In this document: one piece after another, positions 1-9,200 of the stretch
How the letters are laid out: each line of letters opens with the position of its first letter
Numbering within the stretch: the first letter of the stretch is position 1
DNA from: Patescibacteria group bacterium
GTDB lineage: Bacteria; Patescibacteriota; Patescibacteriia; PEXW01
Assembly (NCBI GenBank): GCA_041665345.1
Contig: JBAYJA010000001.1
Coordinates: 265,206 to 329,205 of the forward strand
Length of the DNA: 64,000 nucleotides
Direction: 5' to 3'
Notes under the pieces: model-generated
What the model was told of the DNA's origin: nothing
The model's database searches: none
What the model saw: the letters and a program-made list of their open reading frames with translations, nothing else
Translations under genes and position numbers: made by a program

Positions 1-1
1 T

Positions 2-301
2 ACTCGGTTCCTGGTACCCCGGCTGAAGCAGGGGAAGACGGCAGTGCAGACCGCGTACGTTGATATTTTTGGGAAGAATTTCCGCAATGGAACGCAAGTT
101 ACCATTGGGTCGTACCGGATGAAGACATTTGTGAAGTCCAGTACGAACGTGAATGCCCTTATCCCGATTGGAAAAATGAAACCGGGGATTTACGATGTGA
201 AAATTGTGAACCGGGATTCCCAGCAAGTCATCAAACGAGGCGCGTTTGGTGTGCTGGATAGCAAAGGAAACTTACCCCGGATTTTTTTTCGGGTGCAGTA
301 G
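2..301 (+). CDS. C-terminal part of an IPT/TIG-like Ig-fold surface protein (starts before the window)
   Basis: Frame is open from position 2. The 'IFGKNFRNGTQVTIG...PGIYDVKIVNRD' pattern resembles IPT/TIG domains. Confidence 0.6.
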   Translation, partial: TRFLVPRLKQGKTAVQTAYVDIFGKNFRNGTQVTIGSYRMKTFVKSSTNVNALIPIGKMKPGIYDVKIVNRDSQQVIKRGAFGVLDSKGNLPRIFFRVQ

Positions 302-377
302 GGAGATTGTATTATTGAAGCTTTCTTCGGGGCCCCCGCAGATGTGGCGCGCAGTCCCGCACCAGGACGAGCACCCT

Positions 378-644
378 TTACGGCTTTAGACCCTTGATAA
401 GTCTCTCTTTCTTTCCGCGTGACCATTTTTTGAGTTGCAATTCTCTTTGGCGTGCTTCAAGTAGCGTGGGAAAAATTTCAACATGAACAATATCACCAGG
501 ACCATGCTGTGTAAACCATTTTGCTCCAGTTTTGCTGTTGTGTCGTTTCATCCTATCTGCTGGCAGTAATCCCGTACTGCCAATATACAAACTTCCATCA
601 GCACAGCGTGCGATGTAGAGGTAGAACTTTTCTGGACTAGTCAT
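378..644 (-). CDS. Small GIY-YIG nuclease family protein
   Basis: YLYIARCADGSLYIG, R..RHN, GAKWF and E..LKKWSR..KE motifs. Confidence 0.9.
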   Translation of the reverse strand: MTSPEKFYLYIARCADGSLYIGSTGLLPADRMKRHNSKTGAKWFTQHGPGDIVHVEIFPTLLEARQRELQLKKWSRGKKERLIKGLKP

Positions 645-663
645 TTACGTATTTCCGTATAGT

Positions 664-777
664 GCCTCTCGGCTTCGCTCGAGACATTCGACTCGCACTA
701 ACACTTAGAATTGGTCGAAGTCCTGAGTCATACGAAGGACGAAGACCATGAGCGAGCCCTTTAGGGCGAGTCGAATG
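664..777. repeat. Nested palindromic element between tRNA-Asp and the GIY-YIG gene
   Basis: CATTCGACTCGC...GCGAGTCGAATG inverted repeat encloses TGGTCGAAGTCCT...AGGACGAAGACCA. Confidence 0.65.
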
Positions 778-851
778 GCGGACCCGAAGGGAATCGAACC
801 CTCGATCTTCTCCGTGACAGGGAGACGTGTTAACCGCTACACTACGGGTCC
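776..851 (-). tRNA. tRNA-Asp(GTC)
   Basis: Reverse complement GGACCCGTAGTGTAGCGGTTAACACGTCTCCCTGTCACGGAGAAGATCGAGGGTTCGATTCCCTTCGGGTCCGCCA forms a canonical cloverleaf with encoded CCA. Confidence 0.97.
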
Positions 852-944
852 AGAGGACTGCGGGGCGAGTGTACCATGAAGCCTTTCCCATTGCCAAGGT
901 CGCGGCGTGCGCTTGCGCACCGCGTTTGGAGTAGGGGAAGCGGC

Positions 945-1286
945 TTAGCGCACCAGATCAACAATACCCTTGAAGGTTTCTGGGTAGAACTCTGCCAGCT
1001 GCGCCAAAATCTTCCGGTCAACTTTAATGTTGGCCTTGATGAGTTTGCCCATGAAGACACTGTAGGACATCTCATGCTGACGGGTGCCAGCGTTAATCTT
1101 CACTTGCCAGAGCGTGCGTGCATCGCGCTTCTTCAGGCGGCGGTGGATGTAGGCGTAGCGGCCGGCTTTGCGGACAGCAACTTTGGCCAACTTGATGCTA
1201 GATTTACGCTTCCAGCGGTAGCCCTTCGCTCGGGAGAGGAGGTTCTTGCGATGCTTGACGTGGGTTGTGCCTCGTTTGACGCGCAT
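945..1286 (-). CDS. rplT: 50S ribosomal protein L20
   Basis: MRVKRG..., AKGY, YAYIHRRLKKRDARTLW..INA, DRKILAQLA; follows rpmI. Confidence 0.98.
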   Translation of the reverse strand: MRVKRGTTHVKHRKNLLSRAKGYRWKRKSSIKLAKVAVRKAGRYAYIHRRLKKRDARTLWQVKINAGTRQHEMSYSVFMGKLIKANIKVDRKILAQLAEFYPETFKGIVDLVR

Positions 1287-1292
1287 AGGTAC

Positions 1293-1490
1293 TTAGGCAG
1301 AAGGAGTAACCTGCATGATGGCTCGGAGATTGGTCTTATGCGCAGACACGTCCCGGCGCTTTTTCCGCGTGGTGGTGCCAGATTCCCGGGCATTGAAGTG
1401 GTCTTGCCCAGCTGCGCGACGCATGACGTTCTTCGCGCCGGTGCGGCGGAAGCGTTTGGCTGTTGCTTTGTGGGTCTTGAGCTTTGGCAT
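1293..1490 (-). CDS. rpmI: 50S ribosomal protein L35
   Basis: MPKLKTHKATAKRFRRTG; infC-rpmI-rplT order. Confidence 0.97.
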   Translation of the reverse strand: MPKLKTHKATAKRFRRTGAKNVMRRAAGQDHFNARESGTTTRKKRRDVSAHKTNLRAIMQVTPSA

Positions 1491-1609
1491 ACAGGACTAG
1501 AATGTAACGGTTTCTGGGGGATACGTCAAGGGGGAGGGGTGGAAGATTGAGGAAATTGGTTTGATTTGGATAAAGCCTAGTTCTTGTAGCACAGGCTTTG
1601 ACCGGTAAG

Positions 1610-1725
1610 GGTTACCCCACCTAACCTCCCCTTCGGAAGGGGAGGAAACGTACAAACAGACCTTGGTCTGTAATAAACAAAAAATTCCTCCCCTCTTTTG
1701 AAGGAGGGGGTAGGGGGAGGTAACC
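1610..1725. repeat. Inverted pair of CCTCCCC-type REP-like palindromes
   Basis: ACCCCACCTAACCTCCCCTTCGGAAGGGGAGGAA and TTCCTCCCCTCTTTTGAAGGAGGGGGTAGGGGGAGGTAACC lie in opposite orientation. Confidence 0.65.
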
Positions 1726-1902
1726 CTGATGAGTAGACCTTAGTATAAAAACCAGGAATGCAAAAAGAGCATAGACAGTCATCTTGGTTCCGTAATACAG
1801 CGGGATTGCCTGTCTCATTGGTAGACAGTTCGTGTTACACGACGCCGCAGCTTGGAGAAGCTGCTGCTTGAGGTGGGGTAACTGGCTTTACACCCTCCCC
1901 AC

Positions 1903-2424
1903 CTACTTTTTCTTTCGAATCAGCAGGGTCAGGCGGCCACCCATTTGGCTGACTGGTGCGTCCACCACCACCCCATCGCCCAGGCTGGCAATGAAGTCGT
2001 GGAGGATCTTCTTGGCCAAATCCGCCCGGGCGCGTTCACGGCCGCGGAGGATCATTTCCAGCTTCACTCGGTCACCCTTCTCAAAGAATTTTAGGGATTG
2101 CTCTTTCCGCATGTTCAGGTCGTGTGCGCCAATTTTCAGGGACAGGCGGATGCCCTTAATTTCTGAGACCTTGGTTTTCGCTTTCTGCTTGCGTTCGGCT
2201 TTTTCCTGCTGGTAGAGGTAGGAACCCCAGTCAATAATTTTGCAAATGGGTGGCTGGGCAATGGGGTTCACTTCCACCAGATCCAGCTCTTGCTCGCGCG
2301 CGTGCGCCAAAGCCTGCTCGGTGGTCATCGGGCCCAGGAATTTGCCGTCGGCGTCAATCACTTGCACTTGGGGAATGCGAATCTGCAGGTTGACCCGGAA
2401 GCGTTTGGTACTTATACGGATTAT
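1903..2424 (-). CDS. infC: Translation initiation factor IF-3 (non-canonical ATA/ATC start)
   Basis: RVNLQIRIPQVQVID, DLVEV.P.A.PPICKIIDWG and IGAHD motifs. The conserved N-terminus extends upstream of the called GTG to ATA (2424) or ATC (2421); an in-frame TAA lies at 2428-2430. Confidence 0.95.
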   Translation of the reverse strand: MIRISTKRFRVNLQIRIPQVQVIDADGKFLGPMTTEQALAHAREQELDLVEVNPIAQPPICKIIDWGSYLYQQEKAERKQKAKTKVSEIKGIRLSLKIGAHDLNMRKEQSLKFFEKGDRVKLEMILRGRERARADLAKKILHDFIASLGDGVVVDAPVSQMGGRLTLLIRKKK

Positions 2425-2608
2425 GGGTTACACGGAAGGAGATAAGGGGAGTATAGCAGATTTCAATTCGTTAAGCCCCATTTTGGGGATTGTACTCAGC
2501 TCTCCTTCACCCCGGTAAGTTCGTACACGCAAGACGAGCTGGTGCGAAATACTAACTCGTGTGCCCCTCGACTCCGCCCTTCGGCTGCACTCAGGGCTAC
2601 GCTCGGGA

Positions 2609-2644
2609 CACCTCAAAAAGCGTCCATGGACGCTTTTTGAGGTG
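2609..2644. terminator. Perfect 36-nt palindrome at the tmRNA 3' end (likely bidirectional terminator)
   Basis: CACCTCAAAAAGCGTCCA|TGGACGCTTTTTGAGGTG. Confidence 0.6.
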
Positions 2645-3038
2645 GAGATGAGGGGTCTTGCACCCCTGTCTAGTTCACCGCTGTTCTACTGGTCGACAGG
2701 TTTGGGCCGTTCAAAGGTGGAGGCTGCAGCGCACGGAATGGCCAAGCTCGCTACAACCCGACCTTACGGAGTTCTCAGTTACCGCCAGTAAGGGTAACGG
2801 TAACCCAGCCTGGAGTATGGCACTCGCGATTCCCGCACCAGGCTGCGGGGCGAATGGGTTGTCGGTTTTTAGGCGACGACCGGAGCAAACTGAGGCGCGA
2901 ACGCGTTAGCGAACGCAACCTTCACTTTGCTGACAAAAGACGTGGCAGTTGTCAATTGTCCAACAGTTTTACGCCATGTTGAACGCGGGCGACCTGCACA
3001 GCAGAGGACGAGCAAACTATCAACTTCTGAACATCCCC
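2641..3038 (-). ncRNA. ssrA: tmRNA
   Basis: 5' GGGGATG pairs with 3' CATCTCC-ACC; T-arm AGGGG-TGCAAGA-CCCCT. Internal tag frame 2946-2869 encodes ATSFVSKVKVAFANAFAPQFAPVVA*. Lies directly downstream of smpB. Confidence 0.92.
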
Positions 3039-3185
3039 GTTTAGAGAACCAGGGGTGATTCTGTAAACGCGAAGGTTCAGGGTGAGGTATGGGTAGTGGT
3101 GTGGCGGCGAGTATGGTCGTAGGGTAAGGTTGTGGGCTAACAGTAAACAAAACCTTATAACTCCACTCGCCGCAACACCCAAACC

Positions 3186-3638
3186 TTAACCTCTTTTTCG
3201 CATCGCCCTTGCCATATCGCGGTTCGTTTCTCGCTTCTTGATACTCGCGCGTTTGTCGTGCTCCTTCTTCCCACGCGCCAGACCCAAAGCGACTTTGACG
3301 AGTCCGCGGTTGGTGTAGATGCGCAAGGGGATGAGGGTGACGCCCGCGCTGCGCATTTTTCCAGTCAGCGAGGCAATTTCCTGGCGCTTCACCAGGAGCT
3401 GCCTGTCCCGGTCAGGCTGGTAGTGCACTTGCACGGCCGCTGCGGGTTTGTACGGCGCAATGTACGCATGCACCAGCCACAGTCCATTCTCCCGCAGTGA
3501 AACATAGGCTCCCTGGAGGTTCAGATTTCCAGTCTTTGCTGACTTCACTTCCGGGCCGGTGAGGGCAATGCCCGCATCCAAGGTTTCCAATACCTCGTAG
3601 TTGAAGCTAGCTTTCTTATTGGTGGCGAGTTTGGGCAT
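3186..3638 (-). CDS. smpB: SsrA-binding protein SmpB
   Basis: NKKASFNY, AGIALTGPEVKS and GKKEHDKR motifs. ATG at 3638 has TATACT 6 nt upstream. Confidence 0.97.
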   Translation of the reverse strand: MPKLATNKKASFNYEVLETLDAGIALTGPEVKSAKTGNLNLQGAYVSLRENGLWLVHAYIAPYKPAAAVQVHYQPDRDRQLLVKRQEIASLTGKMRSAGVTLIPLRIYTNRGLVKVALGLARGKKEHDKRASIKKRETNRDMARAMRKRG

Positions 3639-3708
3639 GCAGACAGTATAGAGGAAAAGAGAAACCCGCGTCGTACCAGTGGCAGACGCGGGGTATTTGA
3701 AGGTTTGT

Positions 3709-4137
3709 TTAGGCGACAGTGGTTGCAAGCGGCCGTAGAAAAATGTACGTGTTTCGTTGTCGTTCTATGACCAGCTTGAAAGCCTGAGCATTTGGGGCTT
3801 CGTAGGCTAGACAGAAGATAATGAAGATATCTTGGTAGACCCGATTCTTCTGCTCGTCTATCAGACTACTCCTGCCGAGCGCTTCCAATTTTGCAGCAGT
3901 CATAATATGGAGTAGCGCGGCTACTTGCGCTGGTACTTCAGTACCTGGGTAGTAGAGATTCGGGCTGCTGATGTGTCCTACCGCTGCAGTTTGCAGAAGT
4001 GCCGGAATAATCCGTCGTATGTCGACTTCGGCTTCCGATCCGAGGAGCGCATCGGGCAGTGCCGCCTCACCAATTGTGCAATGGCCATGTGCTTCCAATT
4101 CGCGTCGCAGTTCTAAGAAGAATTGTGCATTTTTCAT
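3709..4137 (-). CDS. Hypothetical protein (orphan cassette)
   Basis: 142-aa ORF 3 nt after the upstream ORF, followed by a hairpin at 3663-3695. Confidence 0.6.
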   Translation of the reverse strand: MKNAQFFLELRRELEAHGHCTIGEAALPDALLGSEAEVDIRRIIPALLQTAAVGHISSPNLYYPGTEVPAQVAALLHIMTAAKLEALGRSSLIDEQKNRVYQDIFIIFCLAYEAPNAQAFKLVIERQRNTYIFLRPLATTVA

Positions 4138-4140
4138 CGA

Positions 4141-4584
4141 TCAATTCATCTCCATGGATTGCAGGTCAATATTGAAGAACGGGTGGTTCCGACGTTCGGC
4201 CAACCAGAGGTCGTATGTGTTTTGCTTGGGTTCAATGAAAGCCCAACATAGTGCCAGGAATGCGTCGGTAAAAAATCCCCGCATCTCTTCGGCACGAACT
4301 CTGGTGTTGATACGACTGAGGCGAATGTCGCAAATTTCCTTCAGCCGCTGCGCCATATCACCCGGCTGCTCATACGCAACATTGAGTTTGTACGGACAGT
4401 CCGTTGCATTCGCAACACGGTGAATGGAAACTTCAAGGGTCGACCGAACGAGCTCCAACCGCGCCAGGTGCTCAAGGGCATGATCGATGCCGTTTGCATC
4501 ATGGCGCTCATCCAAATCAACTTGAATGAGTTTCTCAAAGGCGCGTTGCGTGTCGAGGAAGTAGGTGTTCGCTGGGTGATCCAT
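4141..4584 (-). CDS. Hypothetical protein (orphan cassette)
   Basis: 147 aa; AGGAGG SD; TTGACA-17-TAAGGT promoter upstream. Confidence 0.7.
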   Translation of the reverse strand: MDHPANTYFLDTQRAFEKLIQVDLDERHDANGIDHALEHLARLELVRSTLEVSIHRVANATDCPYKLNVAYEQPGDMAQRLKEICDIRLSRINTRVRAEEMRGFFTDAFLALCWAFIEPKQNTYDLWLAERRNHPFFNIDLQSMEMN

Positions 4585-4686
4585 GCGGATCCTCCTTTCA
4601 AGGATGACGATGTTTCAGGTTTATGTTGACCTCGCACCTTACAAGAACCATGCTTTTTTGTCAAGCATGCGTGGTATACTGCACCC

Positions 4687-6321
4687 ATGCACATCCGATT
4701 CGAACTCCAGAAAATGCTCCAAGAACTTGTTGGGGCTGATGCCTTGAAGGTTAAGGTGGAACGTCCAAGTTCCGCTGAACATGGTGATTACGCAACTAGC
4801 ATCGCTTTAGCGTTGGGCAAGCAGCAGGGGATTGCGCCGCAGCAGGCCGCCAGCCAGCTGGTGGAAAAACTCAAAGCTCAGGCGCACCCAGCCATTGGCG
4901 ATATTTCCATTGCTGGGCCCGGGTTTATGAACTTGCGCTTGTCTGATGCGTGGCTTACTGCACAAGGCGTGGCAGCGGCCAAGAGCGTTGCTGGTCTGGG
5001 CAAGAGCATGTTACACAAAGGTGAGCACGCGCATTTGGAATTTATTTCGGCCAACCCCACTGGTCCGTTGACATTGGCCAATGCGCGTGGTGGCTTTTTG
5101 GGTGATGTCTTGGGGAATGTTCTGCAGCGCACAGGCTATAAGGTCGTTCGGGAATTTTACGTGAATGACCGGGGCAACCAGGTGGGCGTTTTGGCAGAGT
5201 CGGTGCTGCGGCGCTACTGGCAGCAGCAGGGGATTACCATTGACTACCCCGAGACGTGCTACCAAGGCGCGTACGTGGACGAGTTGGCGCGGAAGCTGAA
5301 GCTGGCAAATTATAGAATGACGGACGTGGCCAAGATCCACGAGATTCGGGACAAGATTAAAGACAAAGTCGTGGCAACGATGCTGAAGGAGATTCAGCGC
5401 GTGGTCACCAAGACCATGGGCATTACCTTTGATAACTGGCTATCTGAAAAAGCACTGGTTGCCTCCGGCGTACTGGACAAGTTGCTGGCAAAACTCAAAG
5501 ACCAGGGCATGATCTACGAAAAAGAAGGCGCCACCTGGTTGGCGACCACCAAGTACGGAGATGATAAAGATCGAGTCTTGGTGAAAGCGGATGGGGAAAT
5601 GGCGTACTTCTTACCGGACATTGCCAACCACTGGCTGAAGTTCACCAAGCATAAGGCAAATGTGGCCATCAACATCCTGGGTGCGGATCACCATGGGTAC
5701 GTGGCTCGCATGCGCGCCGCAATGCAGGGCTTGGGTTTTGACAATGCCGCGCATCAGTTTCACCCCATCATCATCCAATTCGTTCGCCTGCTGCAGGATG
5801 GCAAAGAAGTGAAGATGTCTAAGCGCCGGGGGACATACGTGGAAGCGGAAGAAGTGGTGGAAGAAGTTGGTTTGGACGCGGCGCGCTTCTTCTTCCTGAT
5901 GTACGACCCCAACACGCACCTGGATTTCAACCTGGACGCGGCCAAAGCGCAGAATGAGAAGAACCCGGTGTACTACGTGCAGTACGCGCATGCTCGTATG
6001 TGCAGCATCATCGCCAAGACCAAGGGTCTGCCCGTGGCAAAAACCCCGGTGGGGGTATTGCCAGCGTCAGCGCGCCGGCTTATACTCGAACTCCTCCGCT
6101 GGCCTGAGGTGCTGGAAGACGTGAGCCGCGATTACGGCGTGCAGCGCATTCCGCAGTACGCCCTGGATCTGGCGCGGACCTTCCACGATTTCTACACGAA
6201 TGTCCGGGTGATTGATAACGAACACGTCCAGAGCTTGCCGTTCACGCTGGTTCGCGGTACAAAGAATGTACTGGCAGATGTTCTGGACACGCTTGGCATC
6301 ACCGCGCCAGCGCACATGTAG
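4687..6321 (+). CDS. argS: Arginine--tRNA ligase
   Basis: EFISANPTGPL, GADHHGY, KMSKRRG and YYVQYAHAR motifs. Confidence 0.98.
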   Translation: MHIRFELQKMLQELVGADALKVKVERPSSAEHGDYATSIALALGKQQGIAPQQAASQLVEKLKAQAHPAIGDISIAGPGFMNLRLSDAWLTAQGVAAAKSVAGLGKSMLHKGEHAHLEFISANPTGPLTLANARGGFLGDVLGNVLQRTGYKVVREFYVNDRGNQVGVLAESVLRRYWQQQGITIDYPETCYQGAYVDELARKLKLANYRMTDVAKIHEIRDKIKDKVVATMLKEIQRVVTKTMGITFDNWLSEKALVASGVLDKLLAKLKDQGMIYEKEGATWLATTKYGDDKDRVLVKADGEMAYFLPDIANHWLKFTKHKANVAINILGADHHGYVARMRAAMQGLGFDNAAHQFHPIIIQFVRLLQDGKEVKMSKRRGTYVEAEEVVEEVGLDAARFFFLMYDPNTHLDFNLDAAKAQNEKNPVYYVQYAHARMCSIIAKTKGLPVAKTPVGVLPASARRLILELLRWPEVLEDVSRDYGVQRIPQYALDLARTFHDFYTNVRVIDNEHVQSLPFTLVRGTKNVLADVLDTLGITAPAHM

Positions 6322-6381
6322 CAAAAGTGTACGGAGACCGGCCCACTTTGCAGCCTGCTTCCTTCCATAGCAAACGTCCCT

Positions 6382-7524
6382 ATGCGCATCGGCATTGATT
6401 GTCGAACCATCCTCAACCCCGCATCGGGTGAGCGTGCGGGCGTGGGGCACTACGTGGATAGCTTAGTCGTCCATCTGACCAAGCAGTACCCGGATGTGGA
6501 ATTCGTGCTGTATTTTGATTACCGCACGCCGGATTTGGCTGCCTACCAGCGTCCCAATGTGCGGGTGAAGCGCTTCCCATTCTCGCAGTACGGGCGATTC
6601 TTGTCGTTTGGGTACACGCACATGCTCATTACTGCATACTTGCTCAAAGAGGGCCTGGATCTCCTGCATGTGCCGGCGGGTTCTGTTCCGCTGACGTACC
6701 CCAAGAAGATTGTGTACACGGTGCACGACCTGGCCATTTACCAAAATCCAGAGTGGTTCCCATCCTCCTTCATCTCCCGCTCGCTGCTGGTGCCGCAGAG
6801 TTTGCGCAAGGCAGATGGGATCATTGCCGTGTCACGGAGTACTGCCACAGATTTACGGAAACTTTTCAACACCCCGGCCAAAAAAACCTACGTGGTGCAC
6901 CACGGGTTTGCCATAAAGAAAATTCCGCTGAAGCGCCGGATACTGGAAACCCTGGAGAAGTTCAAACTCCCTCCACGTTACTTGCTTTTTGTTGGGACCA
7001 TTGAGCCCCGAAAGAATTTAATCCACCTACTTCGTTCCTACGCCAAGTTGCGGGAACGTGTGCCGGCAGTGGCAGATGTGCCGCTCGTCATTTGCGGGCA
7101 GCACGGGTACCATGCGGAAGAAGTGATGCAAACTATGCTGGATTTGAAGCTGAAGCGGAATGTCCGCTACCTGGGGTACGTCAGTCACAATGAGAAAGTG
7201 GAACTGCTGGGTCATGCCAGCGCCTTTGTCTTCCCCAGCTTGTACGAAGGGTTTGGGCTGCCAATACTAGAGGCCATGGCTTTGGGCGTTCCGGTCATTA
7301 CCAGCAAAATTTCTTCCATGCCAGAGATTGCCGGCAAGGCTGCGCTGTTCGTGGATCCCAGTAATGTAGATCAGCTCGTCCGCGCCATGGCCGACGTGCT
7401 CACCAAACCTGCGGTGGCCAAGCGTCTGGCTGAAGCCGGACCTGAACAAGCCAAGAAATTTTCCTGGGACACCTGCGCTCAAGAAACCATGGAGGTGTAC
7501 AAGAAGGTGATTGGGAAAAAGTAG
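6382..7524 (+). CDS. GT4 family glycosyltransferase
   Basis: GTIEPRKN and [17 protein letters not shown] motifs. Confidence 0.95.
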   Translation: MRIGIDCRTILNPASGERAGVGHYVDSLVVHLTKQYPDVEFVLYFDYRTPDLAAYQRPNVRVKRFPFSQYGRFLSFGYTHMLITAYLLKEGLDLLHVPAGSVPLTYPKKIVYTVHDLAIYQNPEWFPSSFISRSLLVPQSLRKADGIIAVSRSTATDLRKLFNTPAKKTYVVHHGFAIKKIPLKRRILETLEKFKLPPRYLLFVGTIEPRKNLIHLLRSYAKLRERVPAVADVPLVICGQHGYHAEEVMQTMLDLKLKRNVRYLGYVSHNEKVELLGHASAFVFPSLYEGFGLPILEAMALGVPVITSKISSMPEIAGKAALFVDPSNVDQLVRAMADVLTKPAVAKRLAEAGPEQAKKFSWDTCAQETMEVYKKVIGKK

Positions 7525-7732
7525 GGTGGGGAAGCCATAGAGTCTTCTGTTCATACAACTCAGAGCGGCTTTCCCAAGCCGCGTTGGTTTGTTGGTGACG
7601 AAGGAGATTGCAGACAGTCCTTTGTGCAGAGCAAGATTCTTCGAAGACTCAGAATGACAGAGGCTTGTACAGTCAGTGCCTCCCCCTTAGAAGCAGCTTC
7701 TCTAAGCTGCGGTGGATTGAAGATTAAAGTGA

Positions 7733-7797
7733 GGGTAGCCCGGGTCCCTTGACCCGGGCGTTTTCCATTAGGCAAGGTCAAGGGACCTCGCCTACCC
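7733..7797. repeat. GTAG-type REP doublet, copy 1
   Basis: GGGTAGCCCGGGTCCCTTGACCCGGGCG...AGGTCAAGGGACCTCGCCTACCC; a near-identical inverted copy is at 51588-51652. Confidence 0.8.
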
Positions 7798-7940
7798 GCG
7801 TGGAGGTGTGGGTAGCTGCGCGCCCTCGCTCGCGGCTGAGGAATAGCAATGTACTATCAAGGCCAAAGCGAGGGCTTTGGCCTACCCAAGGTTGGTAAAT
7901 CACAAAAACCCCGGCTCATGGAGAGTCGGGGGATGATTAT

Positions 7941-8357
7941 TTAGTATTCGTAGTGACTGAGCGGTTTAGGCGCTCGCAGTTTGTAGTACCGAGCGAGCTG
8001 TTCGTTGCGAGGGTTGTTGGAAAGCTCAGCATATGCCGCCAGGATTTTTTTCCAAGCTTCGGGTCCATGCTCTTCCAACGGATGGTGGTCGTCCCCCAGA
8101 CGCAGGAGTACATCGGGTTTCACGCCGAAGACAGGAGGGTGGTTGTAGATTATCAACGTAAAGCCATTGATTGGCCCAGTTGCCAGGAGCTCACATGGTA
8201 GTTCGTGCCGGGTTACTAACTCGCAGATGCATGTAAACTCATCAGGCTCCAGTTTTCGTTTCGCATCGCCATGATCCCAGAGGGACTTTTCAAGTTCTTG
8301 CATCCAGCGTTGTTCTGCCGCTGGGATTGGGAGGCGTGGGGTTGATTGCGTTGTCAT
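7941..8357 (-). CDS. Hypothetical protein (orphan cassette)
   Basis: ATG 8357 lies downstream of TTGACG-17-TACGGT; terminator hairpin at about 7904-7932. Confidence 0.65.
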   Translation of the reverse strand: MTTQSTPRLPIPAAEQRWMQELEKSLWDHGDAKRKLEPDEFTCICELVTRHELPCELLATGPINGFTLIIYNHPPVFGVKPDVLLRLGDDHHPLEEHGPEAWKKILAAYAELSNNPRNEQLARYYKLRAPKPLSHYEY

Positions 8358-8459
8358 AGGAAAGTACTCTCTTTCTGCTTTTGGTGTTTCCCACACCGTA
8401 GCGAAGGGGAAAGAAATCGTCAAGAAAAAGGCTGAACGCGGGTTCAGCCTTATGGTCGA

Positions 8460-8663
8460 CTAGCTGATTGGAGGTAAGAGCACTTCCATGTGGCAGTGGG
8501 GACAATGGCAGCTATTCCCGTCGCCCTCTGGGATTTCCAGGAAGCAGGTGCCACAGAATTCTTTCCCGCAGGCCGGACAGTCTAAGTGCTCAGCAGTGCT
8601 GTTGCCACAGTTTGTGCACGGTAGCATATTGATTGGATCTTTTCGGACCGTTATGGTCTCCAT
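8460..8663 (-). CDS. Small Cys-rich zinc-ribbon protein
   Basis: Four CxxC pairs; AAGGAGG SD; hairpin terminator at about 8426-8451. Confidence 0.7.
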   Translation of the reverse strand: METITVRKDPINMLPCTNCGNSTAEHLDCPACGKEFCGTCFLEIPEGDGNSCHCPHCHMEVLLPPIS

Positions 8664-9077
8664 TTATTCCTCCTTGGAGTTTTGTTGTTCAAATAGAGCA
8701 ATCTGCTCGGCCAGATCCTTACGCCAGTAGAGGATTCGGTGTTCATCCTCAAGCCCAACGACAAATTTCACGCCGGTGATAACCTTCATCAAACGAATCA
8801 CTGCCGCCTGTGCCTCCGGAGAAAAACCGAATACAACATTCGGCTTACCAGGTTCAGCGAATTGGATACAATCGTACACAGGGTTTTCTAGATTTGGATT
8901 GTCTCCAACGCACAGTTCAAGGGCCATACTATGCTTTGCGTAGTTGATGAAGTTAACCTGACTTAGGTTTTCCAGCGTGCACGGAAGTGTGTTCCGGGGT
9001 CCCATTTCAAACTCGACGGTGAGGGATTTAGTTCCACCAGTGCACCCATCGCTTGGGCATTGTTCTGACATATTCAC
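8664..9077 (-). CDS. Hypothetical protein
   Basis: AAGGAG SD; TTGACG-17-TACAGT promoter; abuts the downstream zinc-ribbon gene. Confidence 0.65.
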   Translation of the reverse strand: MNMSEQCPSDGCTGGTKSLTVEFEMGPRNTLPCTLENLSQVNFINYAKHSMALELCVGDNPNLENPVYDCIQFAEPGKPNVVFGFSPEAQAAVIRLMKVITGVKFVVGLEDEHRILYWRKDLAEQIALFEQQNSKEE

Positions 9078-9200
9078 TCCTTATGTGAAAGTTCAATTTC
9101 ATAGCACTGTAGCAGCTGATAAATTGTTCGTCAATGTGTGTGCGTAGCCCTTGCCAAAAAGTGATTTTTTTTGTACAGTACATTTTGCACTTGTCTTGCT

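Noticed and set aside
876-1550. Long antisense ORFs (also 15499-16605, 21590-22519, 52061-52759 and others)
   Set aside because: They are shadow frames opposite well-conserved genes.
1621-1818. 65-aa ORF between infC and rpmI
   Set aside because: Its 3' half is translated REP palindromes; it may be a gene remnant but cannot be supported.
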